From a virus, in IMG/VR virus record IMGVR_UViG_3300045988_125731, positions 1 to 64,000 of that record: 64,000 bases of DNA; one strand, 5' to 3'. The position numbers were made by a program, and so were the translations under genes. Within the stretch, counting starts at the first letter, position 1; each line of letters opens with the position of its first letter. Of this stretch, positions 1 to 6,429 are shown piece by piece. The notes under the pieces are model-generated. The model was not told the DNA's origin, did not search any database, and saw nothing but the letters and a program-made list of their open reading frames with translations.

Positions 1-58
1 ATTTTTTTTGTTCGTTTTTAATTATGTAAACAGTCGCTTTATTCATATTTTGTTTCAT
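1..58 (-). CDS. N-terminal fragment of a leftward early gene; continues beyond the window start
   Basis: Minus-strand ATG at 56-58 preceded by GAAAGGA RBS (59-75). Same promoter/palindrome context as the other early genes. Open to the window edge. Confidence 0.4.
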   Translation of the reverse strand, partial: MKQNMNKATVYIIKNEQKK

Positions 59-80
59 TTCTTTTATTCCTTTCTTTTTA

Positions 81-131
81 AGTGCTTTGCACTGATATAA
101 ACATTATAGCATAATATCTATTTTAATTCAA
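81..131 (-). promoter_or_regulatory. sigma70-like promoter (-35 TTGAAT 126-131, 17-bp spacer, extended -10 TGcTATAAT 103-111) plus 13-bp palindrome AGTGCTTTGCACT (81-93) in the 5'UTR
   Basis: Read on the minus strand: TTGAAT-17-TATAAT with a TG two bases upstream of the -10. The palindrome lies between the -10 and the RBS. Confidence 0.5.
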
Positions 132-174
132 GCCTTTTACTCAACTTTTTATTATACTATTTTTGATATGGTAT

Positions 175-192
175 TATATCAAATTTGATATA
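175..192. repeat. 18-bp perfect palindrome TATATCAAATTTGATATA, copy 1 of 3
   Basis: Self-complementary 18-mer, 44 bp upstream of the -35 of the adjacent leftward promoter. Identical or near-identical copies at 596-613 and 1362-1379 in the same relative position. Confidence 0.6.
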
Positions 193-201
193 CCCATTAT
201 C

Positions 202-223
202 TGTCAAGTAAAAATACTTGACA
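202..223. repeat. inverted repeat TGTCAAG-N8-CTTGACA, copy 1
   Basis: 7-bp arms separated by taaaaata. Second full copy at 3014-3035, half-site at 1743-1757. The arms contain a TTGACA hexamer on both strands. Confidence 0.5.
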
Positions 224-278
224 CTTATATTTTTAAACTAAAAGAATAATAGTTTTAATTTAAAAGTTTTATTAACGT

Positions 279-306
279 AAAAAAAGAAGGATTTTAAAAT
301 CCTTCT
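279..306 (-). terminator. rho-independent terminator (bidirectional shape) at the 3' end of gene 294-482
   Basis: Perfect palindrome GAAGGATTTT/AAAATCCTTC (286-305) flanked by A-runs on both sides. Overlaps the stop codon of the gene. Confidence 0.5.
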
Positions 307-482
307 AAAAATAAGAAATTGAATGCCATTTTCCAAATTTGTTTCGCTCTTTTTTCTGTTAAATCATAATAGTTTAAATCCTGGAAAGTGTACCCATAAA
401 GGAAACAGTCTATAGCATTTTTATACACTGCTTTTTCTGTAGTTGTTAGTTTTTTGTATTCTGTTGTGTTTTCAAAAATCAT
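294..482 (-). CDS. hypothetical small early protein (62 aa)
   Basis: ORF with RBS AAAGGAA upstream, its own promoter and terminator. Confidence 0.5.
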   Translation of the reverse strand: MIFENTTEYKKLTTTEKAVYKNAIDCFLYGYTFQDLNYYDLTEKRAKQIWKMAFNFLFLEGF

Positions 483-503
483 TTTTTTATTCCTTTCTTT
501 TTA

Positions 504-553
504 AGTCCGTGGACTGATATAAACATTATAGCATAGTTTTATTTATTTTACAA
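504..553 (-). promoter_or_regulatory. promoter (-35 TTGTAA 548-553, 17 bp, extended -10 TGcTATAAT 525-533) plus 12-bp palindrome AGTCCGTGGACT (504-515) in the 5'UTR
   Basis: Minus strand reads TTGTAAaataaataaaactatgcTATAATgtttatatcAGTCCACGGACTtaaaaagaaagga-ATG. Confidence 0.6.
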
Positions 554-595
554 GCGTTATGCTTACTATTTTGTTATATTAATTTTATATAATGG

Positions 596-613
596 TATAT
601 CAAAATTGATATA
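596..613. repeat. 18-bp near-palindrome TATATCAAAATTGATATA, copy 2 of 3
   Basis: 43 bp upstream of the -35 at 548-553. Confidence 0.6.
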
Positions 614-713
614 ACAAAATCTTTAAAATGAATCTATTTATGGCTTTATGGCTTTGTTTATTTATGGTTAAAACTAATACTTTGAAATTAAAAGTATTGC
701 TATAAATAAAAAA

Positions 714-735
714 AAGAATTAAATTAATAATTCTT
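714..735 (-). terminator. rho-independent terminator downstream of gene 752-1237
   Basis: 8-bp stem AAGAATTA/TAATTCTT with a 6-nt loop. Followed on the minus strand by a T-run (the A-run at 707-715 on the plus strand). Confidence 0.5.
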
Positions 736-751
736 TTTAATTACTTTTAAT

Positions 752-1237
752 CTAATCTATTCTATAGATATAATAGACTTCTTTTGTGTCGGGGTCTGTG
801 ATATCTTCTTCTTCCCCGTTGTACATTGAAAGAAACGCCCCGCGACCATCACTTTCTATAGCATCGCTTATTAAATCTTCTAAATTATCTTTTACTAATA
901 TTTTAATAATTTCGTTGCTGTTTTCATATAACTTGTTTTGAATCGTTAACAATCCTAGTATCAATGCTTTTCTTTCCTCTGTGCTATTATAATCATAATT
1001 TAGATAGTCTACTAAAAAATCAGGATTAAAAATCCATAATGAATCTAAGATTTCTTCTTTTGCTTTTTTGTCTGCTTCTTCTTCTGTCAAAATCAAATAT
1101 GTTTCTTGTGTGGTTGTTTCATCAAAGTAGTTTGCATTGTCGTTATTTTTACTATTGCTTAAATAACTACATTCTAAGTTAATGTTTTTATAATCTAACC
1201 CTTCTAAAAACTTTTGTAATAATTCTTTTTTTGTCAT
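752..1237 (-). CDS. hypothetical acidic early protein (161 aa)
   Basis: ORF with RBS AAAGGTT, its own promoter and terminator. No recognisable motif. Confidence 0.55.
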   Translation of the reverse strand: MTKKELLQKFLEGLDYKNINLECSYLSNSKNNDNANYFDETTTQETYLILTEEEADKKAKEEILDSLWIFNPDFLVDYLNYDYNSTEERKALILGLLTIQNKLYENSNEIIKILVKDNLEDLISDAIESDGRGAFLSMYNGEEEDITDPDTKEVYYIYRID

Positions 1238-1258
1238 AATTTTAAACCTTTCTTTTTA

Positions 1259-1318
1259 AGTCCGCGGACTGTTTTATTTTTACAATACCATTATATCAAA
1301 AAACAATATTAAAGTCAA
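1259..1318 (-). promoter_or_regulatory. promoter (-35 TTGACT 1313-1318, 17 bp, -10 TATAAT 1290-1295) plus perfect 12-bp palindrome AGTCCGCGGACT (1259-1270) in the 5'UTR
   Basis: Minus strand reads TTGACTttaatattgttttttgaTATAAT...AGTCCGCGGACTtaaaaagaaagg-ATG. Confidence 0.6.
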
Positions 1319-1361
1319 TACTTTTGCTTAATTTTTTGCTATATAAAAATTGTATGTTTGC

Positions 1362-1379
1362 TATATCAAATTTGATATA
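1362..1379. repeat. 18-bp perfect palindrome TATATCAAATTTGATATA, copy 3 of 3
   Basis: 44 bp upstream of the -35 at 1313-1318. Identical to 175-192. Confidence 0.6.
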
Positions 1380-1742
1380 ACCAAATTAACCATATTTATT
1401 TATATTCCTTATTATATATAATTAATTAGTAAACATCTATTTACTATAAATAACTACTTACTATCAATAAAAATATACAATTTTAAAATATTCTTTTAAA
1501 ATAAAACTATTACATTACTTTTAAATTAAAAATAAAACGCGATTTTTTGACCCTTAAAATTTGTCCATTTTTTGAAAACTTTTTAAATCTTTTAAAATCA
1601 GCATTAAAACACTGCTAAAATATATTAAAAATTAAATCTAAGGCTTAAAAACGGGGTAAAATTAAAAGATAATTTAAAATAGGTATAATTACACTGAAAA
1701 ATAGTAAGATTTAAAAATACCCCCTTTTTAGGCTTCAAATCT

Positions 1743-1757
1743 TGTCAAGTAAAATAC
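1743..1757. repeat. half-site TGTCAAGTAAAATAC of the TGTCAAG inverted-repeat motif
   Basis: Matches the left half plus spacer of 202-216. No right arm. Confidence 0.3.
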
Positions 1758-1895
1758 ATTTTTATTTTTTAACTTAATTTTAAGCGGTTGAAAATAAAAA
1801 TCCTTTATAATTATTCATTCAAACGCTATTTTTTAAAGCTGTAAAAAATTGCAGTAAATACATAAAAGAATATTTACATATTTATGTATAGCAAT

Positions 1896-2016
1896 AAATA
1901 AAGATATATGTAAGTAAGTATGTATGTAAAAGAATAAATAAATATTTATGTATATACATATAACAATAAAAAAATATAACCATATTTAAAGATATACATA
2001 AATAAAGATATATGTA
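1896..2016. repeat. 17-bp direct repeat AAATAAAGATATATGTA (1896-1912 and 2000-2016) inside a TA/TG-rich low-complexity spacer
   Basis: Exact 17-mer twice, about 104 bp apart. Surrounding sequence is made of ATGTATA/TACATA/AAATAAA units. Confidence 0.5.
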
Positions 2017-2031
2017 TTTATGGGTATATGG

Positions 2032-2056
2032 TTAAAAAAAAGAGCCGTTAGGCTCT
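2032..2056 (-). terminator. rho-independent terminator at the 3' end of gene 2056-2397
   Basis: Hairpin AGAGCC-gtta-GGCTCT (2041-2056). Followed on the minus strand by a 9-nt T-run (plus-strand A-run 2032-2040). Confidence 0.55.
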
Positions 2057-2397
2057 TAAAGATTTCTATTTATAAGATATTTTAAACGTTCGGGACAGTC
2101 CGCCCACGTGCTAGCAATTTCTTTAAACATACTTTTAACCTTACTATATCGCACCGCGATATAGTCCCACACACTAACCCATTCCTTGCTTGGTGCGTAT
2201 TTTAGTTTAGTTTGATAGCATTCTATCAAACCTTCCAATCTTGAAATGTTAACAAGAGTTAATAAAATGCAACGCTCTAATGTTTCATAGGAATTATTTT
2301 TTTCTATGCTATCTTTAAGCATTTTCAATTCCCACTCAATAAAATCAATTTTATTTCTTGCATAATTTTCAATTTTGATTATTTCACTTTGTTTCAT
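2056..2397 (-). CDS. hypothetical early protein (113 aa from the MKQ start)
   Basis: Internal ATG at 2397 preceded by an AGGGGG RBS. The ORF-track start at 2433 overlaps the upstream gene. Confidence 0.5.
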   Translation of the reverse strand: MKQSEIIKIENYARNKIDFIEWELKMLKDSIEKNNSYETLERCILLTLVNISRLEGLIECYQTKLKYAPSKEWVSVWDYIAVRYSKVKSMFKEIASTWADCPERLKYLINRNL

Positions 2398-2417
2398 TTT
2401 TTTTACCCCCTTTAAAA

Positions 2418-2660
2418 TTAAAAGTATAAACAATCACTTTTTTGGAAGTGTTCTATTTGTCTTAACATGTCTTTACACATGGCTGTAGCATACCCCATTA
2501 CAGCCGCCATGAAATCGTCGGCGGTGTCATATTCGTGTCTTTTGTGCTTTAATTCATTCAATGCAGCACAAAAGCAGTATTCAAACAAATTATGCTTATG
2601 CCCTTCTTCCATAATGTTTTCATCTTTTTTTTGCATTTCTTTTAATTCTTCTTTTTTCAT
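2418..2660 (-). CDS. hypothetical small early protein (80 aa, His/Cys-containing)
   Basis: ORF with RBS AAAGGTTTT, its own promoter and palindrome. Confidence 0.5.
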   Translation of the reverse strand: MKKEELKEMQKKDENIMEEGHKHNLFEYCFCAALNELKHKRHEYDTADDFMAAVMGYATAMCKDMLRQIEHFQKSDCLYF

Positions 2661-2680
2661 TTTAAAAACCTTTCTTTTAA

Positions 2681-2758
2681 AGTCCGTAGACTATTTTTAT
2701 TTCCGCCCTTGCTTAACAAAGACAATAACAATATATCATAAATAAAAAATTATTGCAA
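2681..2758 (-). promoter_or_regulatory. promoter (-35 TTGCAA 2753-2758, 17 bp, -10 TATATT 2730-2735) plus 12-bp near-palindrome AGTCCGTAGACT (2681-2692) in the 5'UTR
   Basis: Same grammar as the three other early promoters. The palindrome sits immediately upstream of the RBS. Confidence 0.5.
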
Positions 2759-3013
2759 GCATAATGCACTTTTATTTTTTAAATTATTTTTTTGCAACTC
2801 CTAAAAAATACAAGTAAAATCTATCTTTTTTAATAATAAAAAAATTTTTAAAATTTTTATAAAATCACTAAAAAATTAACTAAAAATCATAAACCAAAGT
2901 AGGAAATTTTTGCTTGACAATTTTAAAAACTAGGTAGGAAAAAACCATCAAGCAAATTTTAACCATATTCACTACTTAGCACTCGCCCCCATAGACTGCT
3001 AATATCTCTTAAG

Positions 3014-3035
3014 TGTCAAGCAAAACTACTTGACA
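3014..3035. repeat. inverted repeat TGTCAAG-N8-CTTGACA, copy 2
   Basis: Arms identical to 202-223. Lies at the left edge of the ori-like region. Confidence 0.5.
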
Positions 3036-3044
3036 GCAAATATG

Positions 3045-3232
3045 GTTAGCAATGACTAACTAAATGCAATAAAATTGCAACAAAAAAGAAACAAAAAAGA
3101 AACAAAAAAGAAATAAAAATGAAATAAAAAAAAGTCTTTTAAAAGTTTACTATTACTAAACTTTTGGCTTACATTTAGTAAACCGATTAGCACTTCAACT
3201 AGATTTTAAGAAGTTAGCAATGACTAACTAAA
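3045..3232. repeat. 20-bp direct repeat GTTAGCAATGACTAACTAAA (3045-3064 and 3213-3232) bracketing the A-tract array
   Basis: Exact 20-mer twice, 168 bp apart. Each copy contains the short stem GTTAG/CTAAC. Confidence 0.6.
3081..3134. repeat. phased A-tract tandem repeat, about 4.5 copies of an 11-bp unit CAAAAAAGAAA
   Basis: Units at 3081, 3092 and 3103, degenerate after that. The 11-bp period matches the helical repeat, which fits a bent or unwinding element. Confidence 0.6.
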
Positions 3233-3320
3233 AAAGTGTATATAATTTGATATTATAACTATTATTAGGGGGTATAATTTGAAATTAAAACCATTTTTTC
3301 CGCTCCAAAAACATAGTCAG

Positions 3321-3392
3321 CACTTCTCTCTTTCTCCCATTTTCCCTCTCTCCCTCCCCCTCACTTCCCCTCCTCTTTCCCTTATTTTTCCT
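3321..3392 (+). other. 70-nt polypyrimidine (CT-only) tract on the plus strand
   Basis: cacttctctctttctcccattttccctctctccctccccctcacttcccctcctctttccc. Almost no purines. A C-rich stretch in an AT-rich genome. Confidence 0.6.
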
Positions 3393-3648
3393 ATTCATTT
3401 AGGGTTTACTTTGGTTCTATTTTATCTCTATTTAGTATTTATTTTAGTAATATTTTAGTTTTCACTTTTACTCTTAGATAGTTCAAGAAATCGCTAGTAA
3501 ATTAAAGATTTCTCTTTCATTTTTATTGGGTAATCTTCGAGAAACAAAGAAACAAAGTAGAAAATAGATATAAGATATGTTATATATACTATTTTGGCTT
3601 ATGTAAAACTTTCCTAAATTTTTCTTTAGTTCCAGGTAAAGGACTAAC

Positions 3649-3787
3649 TTAAGAACTCTTTAAAAACTAGACAAGATACTAATCAAAGAACTTTATAAAA
3701 ACTTTCCAAAATCTAACTTAAGAACTTTCCAAAAGAAGATTAGAGAACTCTTCAAAGAACTTTATAAAGACTAGGTTAAGAACTTTG
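3649..3787. repeat. iteron-like array: six copies of (TT)AAGAACTYT, spaced at multiples of about 11.5 bp
   Basis: Copies begin at 3651, 3686, 3720, 3744, 3756 and 3779 (spacings 35, 34, 24, 12, 23). An 18-bp subrepeat AAAGAACTTTATAAARAC occurs twice. Confidence 0.55.
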
Positions 3788-4061
3788 TAAGAAACAAAGC
3801 AAAAGATAAAAGTTAAGATTTTTAGAAATTTATTTTTGAACTTTTTCTTTTACAGAAAAGATTTAGAAAAGTTCCTTAAACATCTTATAAAAACAAACTT
3901 ATCTAGTAAATTCCAAGATATTTACAAGAGTGATTAATTTATAGAAGAACATCAAGATATAATTTTCTTTTTGTATTCTTTTTTCTTTTAAAAGTAATAT
4001 ATAAATAGAATATAATAATAAAGAAAAGAACAAATACTGATTGGAAAGATAAAGTTCTTCC

Positions 4062-4150
4062 CCTAGTAGCCGAATGGCTACGTTCAGGGGGAAGAAGAGA
4101 GCCTCTCTGGCTCTGGAAGAGAGCCCTAGCGGCTTGAGCGGGTATACAAC
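4062..4150. other. GC-rich cluster of mutually exclusive hairpins; possible origin hairpins or a small structured RNA
   Basis: Hairpin GTAGCC-gaat-GGCTAC (4066-4081). Direct repeat GAAGAGAGCC at 4094-4103 and 4116-4125 with GGCTCT (4109-4114) complementary to both. The local GC rise is obvious against the surroundings. Confidence 0.45.
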
Positions 4151-4566
4151 CAAAAAAGAAAGTATACAATTAGCAAAGAGAAAAGGGACAGCTAACCATT
4201 TCTTTTGTATAAGCTAAAAAATTCTACACGTGACTAAGTTTAGCCGATACAAAGAAAAAGTAGGCTTCCACTTTACCTCTAAAATATAAATATATAGGTA
4301 AGAAATTAAGTAAGATTTAGACAAGAAGAGAAGGAAATAAAGGGCTTATGTAAGGGGCTTATGCTAGTTATTTTGGCTCTAATTTATAACATAATTATAT
4401 ATATAACATTTTGTTGTTTTTTAGAGCCATTTTTTATCAGCTAAGACTCTTTTTTAGCGGTGAGTTAGCAGGAGCGGTTGACAAAAATCTTGCACGCTTT
4501 TTAAATAATTATAAAAATAAAAGAGCATTTATAGAACAATATTTATTTGTTTATACTATAATTCTT

Positions 4567-4595
4567 TTGTAAAAACAAATATGATACAATATATT
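4567..4595 (+). promoter_or_regulatory. candidate rightward promoter TTGTAA-17-TATATT for the helicase operon
   Basis: -35 at 4567-4572, -10 at 4590-4595, 56 nt upstream of the ATG at 4652 (RBS AAGGAG at 4639-4644). Confidence 0.45.
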
Positions 4596-4651
4596 ATTAT
4601 TTGTCTAATCTTAATAATTACAATAAAAATAGATAGAAAGGAGTTGATAAG

Positions 4652-6235
4652 ATGAATAATAATATGAACAAGATTCAAAGCAATCTCTATATTAGTGATG
4701 TTATTAGTATTGAAGATATAGAGAGTTGGAAACCAGAACAGTTAGTATTAATCAATGCATCAACTGGTTGTGGTAAAACTTATTTTATAATGCATTCATT
4801 TGGTAAATGGTGCAAAGAACACGGGAAGAAGATTTTGATATTAACTAATAGAAATATCTTAAAATCACAAATGGTAAATGATGTTCCTGAAGATTTAGTT
4901 GATGTTGTTAAAATTTTAAACTACCAATTTGTTAGTGCTCAGGTTATGCAAACAAAGGGTAATGAATCTTTATCGGTGTTGAAGAATTATGATTATATTG
5001 TTTGTGATGAGTGCCATTACTTCTTTACAGATAGCACATTCAATAACGAAACAGACATTGCAATTGATGAAGTTTTAAAAGCTAAGCACGCTGTTAGAAT
5101 TTTCTTATCAGCTACATCTGTTGTTATTGGACAATATTTTGACCAATTAGAAGAAGAAAAGAAAATAGCACCTATTAAGAAATATTCAGTGTTAAAACCT
5201 TTACAATATGAAAATTTATATAGATACAAGAACAATGAATCTATATTAACATATTTAAGAATGATACCAGCTAATGAAAAGGTTATAATGTTTTGTAAGA
5301 GTGCGGAGGAAGCTTATGAGAATGCTAAGGCGTTTGAAGGGCGTAGTGCTTTCATTTGTAGTAAATATAACACTAATGATAAATTTAAAAAGAAGTCAAA
5401 TGATGTAATTCAAAAGGAAGTTGAAACAACATCTAAGTTTAGTTGTCAGTTTTTATTTGTAACTACCGCTTTAGATAATGGTGTAAATATTATTGACCGT
5501 GATGTTAAACATATTATTTGTGATGTAACTGACCTTGATACAATTCAACAATGTATTGGACGTAAGAGATTTATTGATGAAAATGACAAGGTAAATGTTT
5601 ATATTAAACAAATGTATAAAAAGGGTGCTAGATGCCATTTACAAAAAATAGCACGTGCAAATGTTATTGTAGATGATTTTGAAACGATGAATATAGAAGA
5701 CTTCGTTATGAAGTATGGGCGTAATATAAAGAATGGTGCTATCTACACACAAATAGATGAAAGCGGGCATTTACATTACAAGGTTAATCAAATACTAAAA
5801 TTTAAACGTTATTGGGATAAAATATACTATAAGGCGATGATACTTTATAATTGTTCTTTCCCTAATGTGATTGCGTTATCAAGATTAATGCATATTGATG
5901 AAACTGCTTGGAAGAGTTTAGAAGATGATATGGATATTAAAAGCTTAGATAGTTATATTAGAAAGCTTGTTGGAAAGAAATTATTTAGTGAAGGCAAAAA
6001 GAATTTTATTGATTACTTACAACAAACTACTATTTACTTTGCTGATAAGCGTAAAACATTAGGAATGAAAACTATTAATGGATTTTTTGAAGACCAAAAC
6101 TATCCTTACTATGTGTTATCATTTAAAGAAACACAAAGAAACGAAAACCGTAATAAGAACTATTGGGTAATTTTAGCTAAAGATGAGAGCGAAATGCCCA
6201 AGAAAAGAAAGAAACATAAAAAGAATGAGAGTTGA
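4652..6235 (+). CDS. superfamily-2 DEAD/DEAH-type (DECH-box) helicase
   Basis: Walker A NASTGCGKT, motif II CDECHYF, motif III SAT (LSATSV). Shows the two-RecA-domain layout with a C-terminal extension. Confidence 0.8.
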   Translation: MNNNMNKIQSNLYISDVISIEDIESWKPEQLVLINASTGCGKTYFIMHSFGKWCKEHGKKILILTNRNILKSQMVNDVPEDLVDVVKILNYQFVSAQVMQTKGNESLSVLKNYDYIVCDECHYFFTDSTFNNETDIAIDEVLKAKHAVRIFLSATSVVIGQYFDQLEEEKKIAPIKKYSVLKPLQYENLYRYKNNESILTYLRMIPANEKVIMFCKSAEEAYENAKAFEGRSAFICSKYNTNDKFKKKSNDVIQKEVETTSKFSCQFLFVTTALDNGVNIIDRDVKHIICDVTDLDTIQQCIGRKRFIDENDKVNVYIKQMYKKGARCHLQKIARANVIVDDFETMNIEDFVMKYGRNIKNGAIYTQIDESGHLHYKVNQILKFKRYWDKIYYKAMILYNCSFPNVIALSRLMHIDETAWKSLEDDMDIKSLDSYIRKLVGKKLFSEGKKNFIDYLQQTTIYFADKRKTLGMKTINGFFEDQNYPYYVLSFKETQRNENRNKNYWVILAKDESEMPKKRKKHKKNES

Positions 6236-6243
6236 TAAATAAA

Positions 6244-6429
6244 ATGGAAAGCAGAAGGAAAGAAGAATACAATCGTCACGACCCATTTGAAGATTTTGAG
6301 TGGTTTATCGAAACAGACTTTGATGAAGATGATTGGTATGAAGAAGATAGAAATCTTAATGATGATGAGATTTTAGAGTTAGATGAAACTCAGGGTCTAT
6401 ATTATGAAGACCAAGAAGGCGAGGATTGA
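6244..6429 (+). CDS. very acidic small protein (about 61 aa; Asp/Glu-rich with aromatic residues)
   Basis: MESRRKEEYNRHDPFEDFEWFIETDFDEDDWYEEDRNLNDDEILELDETQGLYYEDQEGED. Translationally coupled to the helicase stop. Confidence 0.5.
   Translation: MESRRKEEYNRHDPFEDFEWFIETDFDEDDWYEEDRNLNDDEILELDETQGLYYEDQEGED

Noticed and set aside
2467-2745. 92-aa plus-strand ORF antisense to the early gene 2418-2660
   Set aside because: It is antisense to a well-supported gene with its own promoter and RBS. It is low-complexity with no RBS.
3649-3787. Possible CRISPR-like array
   Set aside because: The repeat unit is only 9-11 bp. Spacings of 12-35 bp are irregular. There are no cas genes and no leader. 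It is better explained as initiator iterons.
4062-4150. Possible tRNA gene in the GC-rich island
   Set aside because: No GTTCRANYC T-loop, no 7-bp acceptor pairing with a 3' end, and no cloverleaf fits on either strand.
3899-4169. Overlapping minus-strand ORFs of 84 and 76 aa from the six-frame track
   Set aside because: They run through the GC hairpin cluster and an AT-rich repeat. They are low-complexity with no RBS, and are most likely spurious.
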